DNA of 64,000 nt from Anaeramoeba ignava BMAN. Taxonomy: Eukaryota; Protista; Anaeramoebae. The DNA is taken from positions 1 through 64,000 of the forward strand of contig JAPDFW010000131.1 of NCBI GenBank assembly GCA_028826165.1, written 5' to 3'. The notes below the pieces were generated by a model. That model made no database searches and was not told the DNA's origin. It saw nothing but the letters and a program-made list of their open reading frames with translations. The position numbers were made by a program, and so were the translations under genes. Of this stretch, positions 1 through 12,989 are shown one piece after another. How positions within the stretch are numbered: the first letter of the stretch is position 1; each line of letters starts with the position of its first letter.

Positions 1-1762
1 GTCTTGTTAATAAAATTAATTTATGAACTTTGAATTTAAAAGAATCAATTGATTTAATTTCAAAATCAGGAAAATTATCTTCATTTGATTTGAATAAATT
101 GTTGAAATCATGAATAATTGAATAAATTTGATTTAGCAAATCAAAAGTTTTTTTTGGTAAATCATAGTATTTTAAATCAAGAGGATTTGCATCATTTATT
201 AATAATAAATCAATTAAATTATCTTTCTTTTTTTGATATTGAACTGCTAATGAAAGAGGAGTTTTATTTGTATTTGTTTTGGCATTTACATCAGCACCTT
301 TTGAAAGAAAAAGTTGAGCAATTTCAAATGAATTAGAATCTTCGTTGAGACTTTGACAAATAAAATGCAAAGGAGTTTCTTGATAATAATTTTTGGCATT
401 AACATCTGCTCCATTTTCAACAAAAAGTTTAGTAATCTCAAATAAATTTTGACTTATATTCTGAAATCCATATTGATATTGGCAAATTAAATGCAAAGGA
501 GTTTCATTGCTTTTTGTATTGACATTGATATCTGCTCCATTTTCAACAAGAAATTTAATAATTTTGACTGTATTGTCATCTTTTTTTTGACTTCTACAAA
601 TGAAATGTAAAGGTGTTTCAAGATTATAATTTTTTTTGGCATTGACATCTGCTCCATTCTCAACAAGAATTTTAACAATTTCAAATGAATTTTGACTTAA
701 AGATTTGCAAGCATAATGTAAAGGAGTTTCTCCAAAATTATTTTTAGCATTGACATCTGTTTTATTTTTAATTAAAATTTTGATAATTTCAAATAAATTT
801 GGATTTTCATTTGGATTGTGAATTTGATATTCATATTTATTTCTAAAAATTAAAAGTAATGGTGTTTCTTGATTATCTTTTGTTTGGACATTAACATCTG
901 CTCCTTTTGAAATGAGGAATTTCACAATTTTAATTGATTGTTGATGTTGATACTGGTTTTGGTTTTCATTTTCACAAATTAAATGCAAAGCAGTTTGATT
1001 ATAATTATTTTTGGCATTTACATCTACTCCATTTGAGACAAAAAATTCAATCATTCCAAATAAATTTTGACTTTTAATTTTACAAATTAAATGAAAAGGT
1101 GTTTCTTCATGTATGTTTTTGGCATTGACATCTAATCCTTTTGAAACAAGAAATTTAACAATTTCGAGTTGTTTTTGATTTCCAAAACGACAAGCAAAAT
1201 GTAAACATGTTTCATTATCTGATGTTTTGACATTGACATCTGCTCCTTTCGAAATAAGGAATTGAATAATTTCAAATGAATTTGAATTTTCAAATCGACA
1301 AACAAAATGTAATGGTGTTTGATTTTTATTTGTTTTGACATTGACATCTGCTCCTTTTAAAACAAGAAATTGAATAATTTCAAATAGATTTGGTTGTTGA
1401 TAAAGACAAGCAAAATATAATGGTGTTTGATTTTCTTTTGTTTTGGCATTGACATCTGCTCCATTTTCAATTAAAATATTCAAAATTTCAAGTAAATTTT
1501 TATTTTGACTTTTACAAACATAATGTAAAGGTGTTTGTTCATAATCTTTTGTTTTGGCATTGATATCTAATCCTTTTTTAATTAAATCTTTAATAATTTC
1601 AATTGGATTTTCATTTTGATTTTGACAAGCAAAATGTAAAAATGTTTCATTATTATAATTTTTGTAATTAACATCTTTTGATTGTGAAATTAAATCTTGA
1701 ATATTTTTAATTGAAATTTGTTCAAAAGAATTCGAATTATCTTTTGAATTATTTTGTCCCAT
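1..1762 (-). CDS. Ankyrin-repeat protein with C-terminal BTB-like domain (3' end runs off the window)
   Basis: Manual translation from ATG at 1762 (MGQNNSKD…) gives an open frame with over a dozen ankyrin repeats (GADVNAK…ETPLHF), then DFEIKSIDSFKFKVHKLILLTR, a BTB start. Gly2 suggests N-myristoylation. It is absent from the ORF track because no stop lies in the window. Confidence 0.9.
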   Translation of the reverse strand, partial: MGQNNSKDNSNSFEQISIKNIQDLISQSKDVNYKNYNNETFLHFACQNQNENPIEIIKDLIKKGLDINAKTKDYEQTPLHYVCKSQNKNLLEILNILIENGADVNAKTKENQTPLYFACLYQQPNLFEIIQFLVLKGADVNVKTNKNQTPLHFVCRFENSNSFEIIQFLISKGADVNVKTSDNETCLHFACRFGNQKQLEIVKFLVSKGLDVNAKNIHEETPFHLICKIKSQNLFGMIEFFVSNGVDVNAKNNYNQTALHLICENENQNQYQHQQSIKIVKFLISKGADVNVQTKDNQETPLLLIFRNKYEYQIHNPNENPNLFEIIKILIKNKTDVNAKNNFGETPLHYACKSLSQNSFEIVKILVENGADVNAKKNYNLETPLHFICRSQKKDDNTVKIIKFLVENGADINVNTKSNETPLHLICQYQYGFQNISQNLFEITKLFVENGADVNAKNYYQETPLHFICQSLNEDSNSFEIAQLFLSKGADVNAKTNTNKTPLSLAVQYQKKKDNLIDLLLINDANPLDLKYYDLPKKTFDLLNQIYSIIHDFNNLFKSNEDNFPDFEIKSIDSFKFKVHKLILLTR

Positions 1763-1837
1763 TTTATGGAAATAAATAAAAAATGAAAAAAAATAAAAAA
1801 TAAAAATTAATTTTTCATTTTTTTCCTTTTTAAATAA

Positions 1838-3805
1838 ATGTTCAAAATTACGAATCCAAAATTTTATTTAAATTTTACAAAACAAAATTTTTTTGTTTCA
1901 AATTTAATCAAAAGAAAAGCAAGTAAATACTTTACATTTGAACAAGCAAAAGAAAAATTATTCAGTTTACAATCCAAAACAATGAGAAAAGAAGAAATAT
2001 TAAGTGGACATAACAGTTTAAAAGAAATGGAATATTTTATAAAAGCATTAAAAATTCCGTTGAAAAAATTGCCAGTTATTCATGTTGCAGGAACTAAAGG
2101 AAAAGGTTCAACTTGTGCTTTTGTTGAATCGATTTTGAGGAATTGTGGATTAAAAACTGGCTTATTCACTTCTCCTCATCTTATTGATGTTACTGAAAGA
2201 ATTATGATCAATGGAAAAAATATTTCAAAAGAAAATTTTGCGGATTTGTTTGAATTTTTATATTTCAAAATTGCGGAAAATTTAAATCAAGAATACAATC
2301 AATTTCCTTCTTTTTTCCGTTTTTTATCCCTTATGGCTTTCCACTATTTTGCTCAAGAAAATGTTGATGCCGCTATTATTGAAGTTGGTATCGGTGGGAA
2401 ATCGGACTGTACCAATGTTGTACATCCGAAAATTTGTGGAATTTCAACTCTTGGTTTTGATCATATGTCTCTTTTGGGAAATACTTTGCAAGAAATTTCA
2501 AAGCAAAAAGCGGGAATTTTTAAATTTGGAGTCTCAGCAATAACTTCTCCTCAAAAACCAGTTGCTCTTCAAACTTTGATTTCAACTTCAAAAGAAGTTT
2601 TTGCTCCTCTTTCTTTGGCTCCTTCTTTATCTTTTTATTCTTTTTCTAATCATATTCATTTGGGTTTATTTGGTGAACATCAAAAAATCAATGCTTCTCT
2701 TGCTGTTGCTTTAAGTAAACAATTTTTGATCGAAAATTATGGTGTTATTGATGATTTAATTTCTGATGAAGTTCATCAAAATCATGTTTTAACTAATTTT
2801 TCATTTGAAAGAAATTTGGAAAATTCAAATCAACCTAAGAATAAAAGTAGAAATTTTATTAATTATTTAAATCGGGTTTATAAGTTTGCACAAAATCAAA
2901 ATCAAAACCCAAATTCATTTGAATATTTAGATCAAAATTTAAATTCAAATCAAAATTTAAATGAAAATGAAAATGAAAATTTCATCAACTATTTAGATCA
3001 AATTTATAAATTTTCTCAAAATCAAAATCAAATTCAAATTCAAAATCAATTAAAAATTAAAAAACATAGTGAAAATTTCATTCAATTCTTAAATCAAGAT
3101 GAAAATTTTACTAAATTTTTAAATCAAGTCGATAAATTTGCTCAAATTCAAATCCAAAAACAAGATGAAGAAGATAAAAAGAAAAATAAAAATGAAAATG
3201 AAAATGAAAATGAAAATGAAATTTTAATTGAAAATTCAACTTTATATCAAATTTCAAATCAAATCAAAAACGAAATCAAATTCTTATCACAAATATGGCC
3301 ATATTTTTTAAAAGGATTAAGTTCCACTTTTTGGCCAGGAAGATGTCAGATATATCAACCAAAAAACAAAGAAAATCAATTATATTTTCTTGATGGAGCA
3401 CATACACCAGAAAGTATCGAAATTGCAATGGATTGGTTCCGAAATCAAACATTCAAAATGAACTCAAAACCAATTAATATTTTATTATTCTCTTTCACTG
3501 GAGATCGCAATAAAGAAGATTTAATGAAAAATTTAGTTGATTTTCAATTTGATCATGTATTTTTTTCACCTTTGAAAGAATACAAAAAAGTTTCTGTATT
3601 TACTTCAGATATGTATCATTCTATGGCTAATTCTTGGGATAAACTTAATGGAAAGGGAAAAGTTCATATTCCAAATTCTTTTAGTGATCTTTTAAAAGAA
3701 ATTGATCAAATTGGATCAAATTCTTTTCCTCAAAAAATTCATATTTTTGTTACAGGAAGTTTACATTTAATTGGAGATATTTTATCTGAGTTTGAAACAA
3801 ATTAA
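1838..3805 (+). CDS. FPGS: Folylpolyglutamate synthase (FolC/FPGS) with N-terminal presequence-like extension and N/Q-rich insertion
   Basis: Motifs IHVAGTKGKGST, FTSPHL, EVGIGGKSDCTN, LGFDHM, WPGRCQ, LDGAHT and VTGSLHLIG; intronless. Confidence 0.95.
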   Translation: MFKITNPKFYLNFTKQNFFVSNLIKRKASKYFTFEQAKEKLFSLQSKTMRKEEILSGHNSLKEMEYFIKALKIPLKKLPVIHVAGTKGKGSTCAFVESILRNCGLKTGLFTSPHLIDVTERIMINGKNISKENFADLFEFLYFKIAENLNQEYNQFPSFFRFLSLMAFHYFAQENVDAAIIEVGIGGKSDCTNVVHPKICGISTLGFDHMSLLGNTLQEISKQKAGIFKFGVSAITSPQKPVALQTLISTSKEVFAPLSLAPSLSFYSFSNHIHLGLFGEHQKINASLAVALSKQFLIENYGVIDDLISDEVHQNHVLTNFSFERNLENSNQPKNKSRNFINYLNRVYKFAQNQNQNPNSFEYLDQNLNSNQNLNENENENFINYLDQIYKFSQNQNQIQIQNQLKIKKHSENFIQFLNQDENFTKFLNQVDKFAQIQIQKQDEEDKKKNKNENENENENEILIENSTLYQISNQIKNEIKFLSQIWPYFLKGLSSTFWPGRCQIYQPKNKENQLYFLDGAHTPESIEIAMDWFRNQTFKMNSKPINILLFSFTGDRNKEDLMKNLVDFQFDHVFFSPLKEYKKVSVFTSDMYHSMANSWDKLNGKGKVHIPNSFSDLLKEIDQIGSNSFPQKIHIFVTGSLHLIGDILSEFETN

Positions 3806-3913
3806 AACAAATTTTTTATTTTCTTTTCTTTTCTTTTCTTTTCTTTTTTTCCCTAAAAATAAAAAATTAATTCTTTTTTTTTTTTGAGAACTTTTTTATT
3901 TTTTTGATATTTT

Positions 3914-5635
3914 TTAGATCTTTTTTGTTGCTATTAAAGTTTGGGAAATAACTTTTTGATATTGTTGAAAAGGACCTGTTGATAATTCTTTTTGTAATTT
4001 ATAATACTTCTCATCTCCAATCAATTCTTTTGTTTTTGGATGAGTTGATATTGTAACTAAAACAGAAAATTTCCATTCAAGTGATTCTTTCATTTTATCT
4101 TCTGTTTTATCCATAATTAAATCAAGAAAATCCTTTGTTTGAAAGAACTCAATGATTCCGAAATCAAAATGAATAAATGAATTGAGGAAATATAAAGCAG
4201 ATTTACGAATTTCGATATTTGAACTTTCGCAATGAGTTTTCAAAATATAAATCAAATTACAATTTCTTTTCATGACTTGAAACAATTTATAAGGTAATAA
4301 ATTTTCATTTTGGTTTTCATTTTCATTTTCATTTTCTAATTCTTTTGTGTCTGAATTTGATTTATAGAGAAATTCGAAAATTTTCCCTAAAGATGAATTT
4401 GCATAAATTAAAATTTCAACTTTGTTGTGAAAATTGGCAAATTCACTGAGAATAAAAAGAATTCCTTGTGTGAAATTGGAGAGAATCCATTCGAGTCCTT
4501 TACAATTTGATGAAATATCTGATATAAAATTAATGATGAATCTTGTGTATTCTTGCTCTTGTTCTTCTTGTTCTTTTTGCAAAATTTTATTTAAAAACAA
4601 TTGGAATGACTCAAATTGAATTAAATTTGATCCTTTTCCATTCTGGAAAAAACCACCAAGAAATTTGAGAATGGAATCGATGAGCATTTTATTCATGAAA
4701 TTACCACCATTTTCGATTGAATCGATGAGAGTTTTCAAAATGGTTGAAAATATTGATGAAATTTCTTGAGGATTTTTATCTTCTATTGATACTTGTATGC
4801 TTGGAATATTTTCATGTAATATTTCAATAATGGAAAGTTGCCTTAGAATATCAGAATCAACTCCTTGTATTTCTTGTTGTATTCTTTTTATGATGTTTGT
4901 ATTTTGGTTGATTTTATCTTGAAAAATTTTTGAGGGTGATTCTAAATACATTTTGAATATCAAACTGTAAATTCTTAAAAGAATAGTTGATGAAGTTTTT
5001 TGGGAGTTGAAAGTATTATTTAATTCTTTTTGGAAAATTGATTTTTCATTCCAAATTAATTCAAAGCAGTTCTTAATTTTTGTTGTAATTGAAACAAGAA
5101 TATTTTCAGAAATTTTGATGAATTTGCTTGATTCATTTGTTATTAATTGTAGTAAAACAAGAAACAAATCATTATTTTGTGTGCAAAATTGAATAAATTG
5201 ATTTTCAATTAAATTTTCATCAGAATTTTCAATTTTCATTTCGTTTGAGTTTTCTTCAATTAAATCTTCAATTAAATTTTCATTTAAATTTTTAATTATT
5301 TTTTCCAAAAGTTTTAAAATAATCAAAACAAGTTCTGGATTGACACTTTGTAAACTTTTTATTATAATCCTTGAGTTTTCTTTTGTGAGAATAAATTGGA
5401 AAATTTCTTCAATTGAAATTATGAATTGTTCAATTAATTGTGAAAAATTTTTTAAAACATTTTCATCTATTTTTTTTTCATTTAATTTTTCAATTAAATT
5501 TGCAAAAGGAATTTTTTTTTGAGTTTCAATAAATTTTTCTGAATTTAAAGATGAGTTAATTAAGTATTTAATAATTTGATTAAGTTTTTCTGAATTTGCA
5601 TTTTTGATTTGTAAAGATAAATTATCTAAATTCAT
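3914..5635 (-). CDS. PSMD5: Proteasome assembly chaperone S5b/Hsm3-like ARM-repeat protein
   Basis: 573-aa helical ORF. DILRQLSIIEIL and the C-terminal FLDLIMDK…KESLEWKFSVL…LSTGPF resemble PSMD5. Confidence 0.65.
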   Translation of the reverse strand: MNLDNLSLQIKNANSEKLNQIIKYLINSSLNSEKFIETQKKIPFANLIEKLNEKKIDENVLKNFSQLIEQFIISIEEIFQFILTKENSRIIIKSLQSVNPELVLIILKLLEKIIKNLNENLIEDLIEENSNEMKIENSDENLIENQFIQFCTQNNDLFLVLLQLITNESSKFIKISENILVSITTKIKNCFELIWNEKSIFQKELNNTFNSQKTSSTILLRIYSLIFKMYLESPSKIFQDKINQNTNIIKRIQQEIQGVDSDILRQLSIIEILHENIPSIQVSIEDKNPQEISSIFSTILKTLIDSIENGGNFMNKMLIDSILKFLGGFFQNGKGSNLIQFESFQLFLNKILQKEQEEQEQEYTRFIINFISDISSNCKGLEWILSNFTQGILFILSEFANFHNKVEILIYANSSLGKIFEFLYKSNSDTKELENENENENQNENLLPYKLFQVMKRNCNLIYILKTHCESSNIEIRKSALYFLNSFIHFDFGIIEFFQTKDFLDLIMDKTEDKMKESLEWKFSVLVTISTHPKTKELIGDEKYYKLQKELSTGPFQQYQKVISQTLIATKKI

Positions 5636-5844
5636 ATTTTAAAAAAAGGAAAAAAAAAAATGAAAAATTAAAAAAAATTCAAAATTTAATTTTTTCATTT
5701 TTTCATTTTTTCATTTTTTTTTTTTCAAATAATATTTAATTAATTAATTTTCAAATTAAAAAAAAATCAGAAAAAGAAAAGAATTTTAAATTTCTTTTCA
5801 TTTCTTTAAAACATAAAACATAAAAAACATAAAACATAAATATT

Positions 5845-8800
5845 ATGAATTTTGAGGAATCAAAACTAAATTCACATCTTCAAGAGTTATTTTCAGAAAT
5901 AGAAAAAGAATTTAAATTATTATGGAATGAAAATCAAGAATGTAAATAAAACAAAATCAAAAACAAAACAAAACAAAACAAAACAATAAAATAAAAAAAT
6001 TTTTTTTTGAATTTATTTAGTAAAAAAGAAAATAGATTCATTTTATAATTCAGATACAAAACCAAAATCTTTAAAAAAGACTCGATGGGTATAAACAATT
6101 TATAATAAAATTTATTTAGAAAATTATTTAGAAAATTATTTAGAAAATTATTTAGAAAATTTATAATTAAATTTATAATTAAATTTATAATTAAATTTAT
6201 AATTAAATTTATAATAATATTTATAATTAAATATATAATTAAATTTATTTCAAAATTTATAACTAAATTTATATCAAAATTTATAATTAAATTTATAATT
6301 AAATTTATATCAAAATTTATATCAAAATTTATAACAAAATTTATAATTAAATATATAATTAAATTTATATCAAAATTTATAATTAAATTTATAATTAAAT
6401 TTATAATTAAATTTATAATTATATATATAATTAAATATATAATTAAATTTATATCAAAATTTATAATTAAATTTATAATTAAATTTATAATTAAATTTAT
6501 ATCAAAATTTATAATTAAATATATAATTAAATTTATATCAAAATTTATATCAAAATTTAAAATAATATTTATAATTATATTTATAATTATATTTATAATT
6601 AAATTTATAATTAAATTTATAATTAAATTTATAATTAAATTTATAATTAAATTTATAATTAAATTTATAATTAAATTTATAATTAAATTTATATCAAAAT
6701 TTAAAATAATATTTATAATTAAATTTATAATTAAATTTATAATTAAATTTATAATTAAATTTATAATTAAATTTATAATTAAATTTATATCAAAATTTAT
6801 AATTAAATTTATATCAAAATTTATAATTAAATTTATAATTAAATTTATAATTAAATTTATAATTAAATTTATATCAAAATTTATAACAAAATTTATAATT
6901 AAATTACAGTTCTCAAAATCAACAACAACACAAAAATGGGATATTATCCACAATTTTTGTTTCCACCGAGACATAGTTTGGGAAGTAACACCACATCCCC
7001 AAATCACAAATATATTTGGATCATCATCAGCAGATCGAATAGTTCGAATCTGGGATCACATGAGCAAAAAAACAACGAACATTTATACAGGACACAAGGG
7101 ATCAGTGAATTCAATTCGATTCCATCCAAAAGAATACAACATTTGCTGCACTTCTTCAGGGGATAAAACATGCCACATTTGGAAATATGAAAACTCAATC
7201 AATTCCAATCAAGAAGAAGAAAAAAACATTCAAAATTCGCTCAATAACAACGCAAATATTCAACAACAACAAGATATTATTGAAGCGATCCAAAACGAGA
7301 ACTTGATGGACAACAGCGACGATGATAATCTTGTTAATATCAGCGAAATTTATGTGCATTCAAGCAATTCAACAACAAGTGAAGATGAAATGGATTATCA
7401 AGAAATGAACCAATTTGTAAATCGTCCTGAACATGTTGACTTTGTTTGGGGAAGCGTATTAAATACTGAGGATGAGCGGGAAATCGACACAGAAATCAAA
7501 CAAGCAAATAAATATATTGAATCACAAGAAAACAAAGAAAACAAGGAAATCAAAGAAGATGAGAAAAAAATGGATCAAAATTTTTCATTTGAAGATTATC
7601 GATCACCAAATTCACCTCCTTTTGTAGTTTTGCAAAATATCTTGCCTCAAGAATCCAAAGAGAAACCTGAAAATATCATCAGCTCTCCTCTTGTTGAATT
7701 AAAAGGCCATAAAAATGCTGTCACTGCTGCAGATTTTCTTTTCGGTTCAGGTGACACCATCGTTACTAGCTCTCTCGATTCCACTCTTAAGCTTTGGACC
7801 ATTGAAAGTGGCAATGCTCGTTTGATAAGCACTCTTGTTGAGCACCAAGCTCCTATTTTGAATGTTGTTACTCATCATAAAGAACCTTTGATTCTTTCTT
7901 CTTCGAAAGATACTACTTTTAGATTATGGGATTTAAGAACTAAATCTAGTTCTGTTATTATTTTTAATGCTCATACTGCGTACTTATTAATATTCAAATA
8001 ATTTTATAAATAATTTTATAAATAATTTTATAAATAATTTTATATTTAATTTTATATTTAATTTTATAAATAATTTTATAAATAATTTTATAAATAATTT
8101 TATAAATAATTTTATAATTAATTTAATAAATAATTTTATAATTAATTTTATAATTAATTTTATATTTAATTTTATAAATAATTTTATAAATAATTTTATA
8201 AATAATTTAATAAATAATTTTATAAATAATTTTATATTTAATTTTATAAATAATTTTATATTTAATTTTATAAATAATTTTATAAATAATTTTATATTTA
8301 ATTTTTATAATTAATTTTATAAATAATTTAATAATTAATTTTATATTTAATTTTATAAATAATTTTATATTTAATTTAATAAATAATTTTATAAATAATT
8401 TAATAAATAATTTTTATAAATAATTTTATAAATAATTTTATAAATAATTTTATAAATAATTTTATAAATAATTTTATAAATAATTTTATAAATAATTTTA
8501 TAAATAATTTTATAATTAATTTTATAAATAATTTTATAATTAATTTTATAATTAATTTTATAATTAATTTTATAAATAATTTTATAATTAATATTGTAAA
8601 TAATTTTATAAATAATTTTTATATTTAATTTTATAAATAATTTAATAAATAATTTTATATTTAATTTTATAATTAATTTTTATATTTAATTTTATAAATA
8701 ATTTTATATTTAATTTTTATAAATAATTTTATAAATAATTTTATAATTAATTTTATAAATAATTTTATAAATAATTTTATAATTAATTTTATAAATAATT

Positions 8801-10289
8801 TTATAAATAATTTTATAAATAATTTTTATAAATAATTTTTATAATTAATTTTATAAATAATTTTATAAATAATTTTATAATTAATTTTATAAATAATTTT
8901 ATAAATAATTTTATAAATAATTTTATAAATAATTTTATAAATAATTTTATAAATAATTTTTATAATTAATTTTATAAATAATTTAATAAATAATTTTATA
9001 AATAATTTTATATTTAATTTTATAAATAATTTAATAAATAATTTTATAAATAATTTTATAAATAATTTTATAAATAATTTTATAAATAATTTTATATTTA
9101 ATTTTATAATTAATTTTATAAATAATTTTATAAATAATTTTATAAATAATTTTATATTTAATTTTATAATTAATTTTATAAATAATTTTATATTTAATTT
9201 TATATTTAATTTTAATATATAATTTTATATTTAATTTTATAAATAATTTTATAAATAATTTTATTAATAATTTTATAAATAATTTAATAAATAATTTTAT
9301 AAATAATTTTATAAATAATTTTATAAATAATTTTATAAATAATTTTATAAATAATTTTTATATTTAATTTTATAAATAATTTTATAATTAATTTAATAAA
9401 TAATTTTTATAAATAATTTAATAAATAATTTAATAATTAATTTAATAAATAATTTTATATTTAATTTTATAAATAATTTTATAAATAATATTATAAATAA
9501 TTTTATAATTAATTTTATAAATAATTTTATAAATAATTTTATAAATAATTTTATAAATAATATTATATTTAATTTTATAAATAATTTTATAAATAATTTT
9601 ATATTTAATTTTATAAATAATTTTATAAATAATTTTATAAATAATTTTATAATTAATTTTATAAATAATTTTATAAATAATTTTATAATTAATTTTATAA
9701 ATAATTTTATAAATAATTTTATAAATAATTTTATATTTAATTTTATATTTAATTTTATAAATAATTTAATAAATAATTTTATATTTAATTTTATAAATAA
9801 TTTAATAAATAATTTTATAAATAATTTTATAAATAATATTATAAATAATTTTATATTTAATTTTATAAATAATTTAATAAATAATTTTATAAATAATTTT
9901 ATATTTAATTTTTGTTTGCAAATAGACCTGTTCGGACATCACTTTTTGCACCTAAAAATGATTATATTGTTAGTGGAGGTGATGATAAAACTGTAAAAAT
10001 TTGGGATCAAAGAATTAACAAAGAACCAATAGCTTCAATTCATTGTGTTTCTGGAATTAATAAAATATCAATATCTCCACAAACATCTCAAATATTAACT
10101 CCTTTAGATAAAAATTTTGGAAGAATTTATGATTTAAGTGGGAAAGTAATTGGAAAACTTAAAGCACCAAAAACAAAACAAACTTCAATGTTATGTTGTT
10201 CTGCTTGGGATGCAAATGAAACTAAAATAATGACTGGTGGTTCTGATTCTAATATTTCTATGTGGGAACCAATAAATATTACAAATTAA
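5845..10289 (+). CDS. WDR37: WD40-repeat protein, WDR37-like (4 exons)
   Basis: Exons 5845-5941, 6021-6088, 6910-7979, 9926-10289 join in frame through GT-AG introns. N-terminal coiled coil (LQELFSEIEKEFKLLWNENQEL), then HRDIVWEV, GHKGSVNSIRFHP and further WD repeats. Confidence 0.85.
6089..6909 (+). repeat. Intronic 12-mer array (ATAATTAAATTT)n
   Basis: Fills WDR37 intron 2. Confidence 0.95.
7980..9925 (+). repeat. Intronic 12-mer array (ATAAATAATTTT)n, ~1.9 kb
   Basis: Fills WDR37 intron 3; almost purely A/T. Confidence 0.95.
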
Positions 10290-10681
10290 AAAATTTTATA
10301 TTTTTTTTTAATCAAAAAAAAATCAAAATTGAAATTTTTTTTTTTTGAATGTTTTGAATAAGGAATAAAAGAAAAAAATAAATAAAAAATCAATTTAAAA
10401 AAATAAGAAATTAAAAGAAATTAAGAAATTAAAAGAAATTCCCCTTTTTTTTTAAATTTTTTTTTTTTACTTTTAGGGAAATTTTTTGCTTTTTTTCTTT
10501 TTTTAATTTTATTATTAAATTTAAGAAATTATTAGTAATTTTTATTTAAATTATAAAAAAAAAATTTTTTTTGCTTTTTTTCTTTTTCATTTTTCTTCTT
10601 TTTATTCCTTTTATTTTTTTGAATTTTTTTTTCTTAAATAAATAAAAAAAACAAAAAATTCAATTTGTTTGTTTGATAATA

Positions 10682-12989
10682 ATGGGAAATTTGTGTTCAA
10701 AAAATATTAAAAAGCAAAATTTACAAACAGATATGAAACAAAAATTAGTTGAAAATGAACATCAACCAACACCAATTCAAAAACAAGAAGAAACAGAATC
10801 AGTTGTTATTGTAAAGAAAGTTATAAAACCAGAAGAACCTGAAGTTAAATCAGAAGTTTTACCAGAAGCACTTACACAAAAAGAAATTGAAGATTATTCC
10901 AAACGTTGCAAATGTAAGTTATTTATAACAATTTATTTAAAACAAATTAATTAAAACAATTTATTTAAAACAATTTATTTAAAACAAATTTATTTAAAAC
11001 AAATTTATTTAAAACAAATTTATTTAAAACAAATTATTTTAAACAAATTATTTATAACAAGTTATTTAAAACAATTTATTTATAACAATTTATTTAAAAC
11101 AATTTATTTAAAACAAGTTATTTAAAACAAATTTATTTATAACAATTTAATTAAAACAATTTAATTAAAACAATTTATTTATAACAATTTATTTAAAACA
11201 ATTTATTTATAACAAGTTATTTAAAACAAATTTATTTATAACAAATTAATTTATAACAATTTATTTAAAACAATTTATTTAAAACTATTTAAAACAATTA
11301 ATTTTAAAACAATTTATTTAAAACTAATTAAAACAATTAATTTTAAAACAATTTATTTAAAATAATTTATTTAAAATAATTTATTTAAAACAATTTATTT
11401 AAAACTAATTAAAACAATTAATTTATAACAATTTATTTAAAACAATTTATTTAAAACAAATTTATTTATAACAATTTAATTAAAACAATTTATTTATAAC
11501 AATTTATTTAAAATAATTTATTTATAACAATTTATTTATAACAATTTATTTAAAACAATTTATTTAAAACAAGTTATTTAAAACAATTTATTTAAAACAA
11601 TTTAATTAAAACAATTTATTTATAACAATTTATTTAAAACAATTTATTTAAAACAATTTATTTAAAACAAATTTATTTATAACAATTTATTTATAACAAT
11701 TTATTTATAACAATTAATTTAAAACAATTTATTTATAACAATTTATTTATAATAATTTTATTTATAACAATTTTATTTATAAAAATTCTTTTTTAAAAGT
11801 TACACATGACCAAATTAAAGCATTATATGAACATTATAAGAAAATTAGTGCAAGTATTGATGATGATGGTGTTATTGATAATGATGAATTGAATGAAGCT
11901 TTAGGTCTTACTCAATCAGAATTCGGAAAAAGAATTTTTAAAGTTTTTGATTTGAATGGAGATGGTGTTATTAATTTTGAAGAGTTTTTAATTGGACTTT
12001 CTCCTTTTAGTTCTACTGGAACTCTTGAAGATAAAATTGGATGTAAAAAATCTAAATTAATTTACATAATAATTAATTTACAAAATAATTAATTTACAAA
12101 ATATTAATTAATTTATAAAATATTAATTAATTTACAAAATATTTAATTTACAAAATATTAATTAATTTACAAAATAATTAATTAATTTACAAAATATTAA
12201 TTAATTTACAAAATATTTAATTTACAAAATATTAATTAATTTACAAAATATTAATTAATTTACAAAATAATTAATTAATTTACAAAATATTTAATTTACA
12301 AAATATTTCAAAATATTTAATTTACAAAATATTTATTAATTTACAAAATATTTAATTTACAAAATATTTAATTTACAAAATATTTAATTTACAAAATATT
12401 TAATTTACAAAATATTAATTAATTTAAAAATATTAATTAATTTACAAAAATATTTAATTTACAAAATAATAACTAATTTACAGAATATTAATTAATTTAC
12501 AAAATATTTAATTTACAAATAATTAATTTACAAATAATTAATTTACAAAATATTAATTAATTTAAAAAATATTTAATTTACAAAATATTTAATTTACAAA
12601 TAATTAATTTACAAAATATTAATTAATTTACAAAATATTTAATTTACAAAATATTTAATTTACAAAATATTAATTAATTCATAAAATATTAATTAATTTA
12701 AAAATAATATCTCTCGTTTTTTCTTTTAGTTTCTTTCAAAGTTTATGATATTGATGGAAATGGAGGAATTGATAAAAGCGAATTAACAATTCTACTTAAA
12801 GCTTGTTTATCTGATACTTTCTTGACTCAAATAAGTGAAGATGAACTTAAACAACTTATTGATGCAACTTTTGAAGAAGCTGATATTGATGGAAATGGAG
12901 AAATTGATATTGATGAATACACTGAAATGGTTAAAAATCATCCAAATATTTTAAACAATCTCCAAATTGATCTTCCATTTTTGAAATGA
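10682..12989 (+). CDS. Calcineurin-B-like (CBL-type) EF-hand calcium sensor (3 exons)
   Basis: Exons 10682-10913, 11800-12042, 12730-12989. MGNLCS N-terminus (myristoylation/palmitoylation), ISASIDDDGVID first EF-hand, and DLNGDGVINFEE, DIDGNGGIDKSE, DIDGNGEIDIDE. Introns are 14-mer and 16/20-mer arrays. Confidence 0.9.

Noticed and set aside
2740-3300. Intein in FPGS
   Set aside because: No Cys/Ser-1 Hint block and no C-terminal HN-C/S/T; the insert is low-complexity.
5934-7007. 357-aa IINL-repeat ORF and similar poly-IL/KI/FN/FD ORFs at 14.5, 21.1, 29, 33-35, 38 and 51 kb
   Set aside because: These are stop-free readings of microsatellites lying in introns, antisense strands or spacers.
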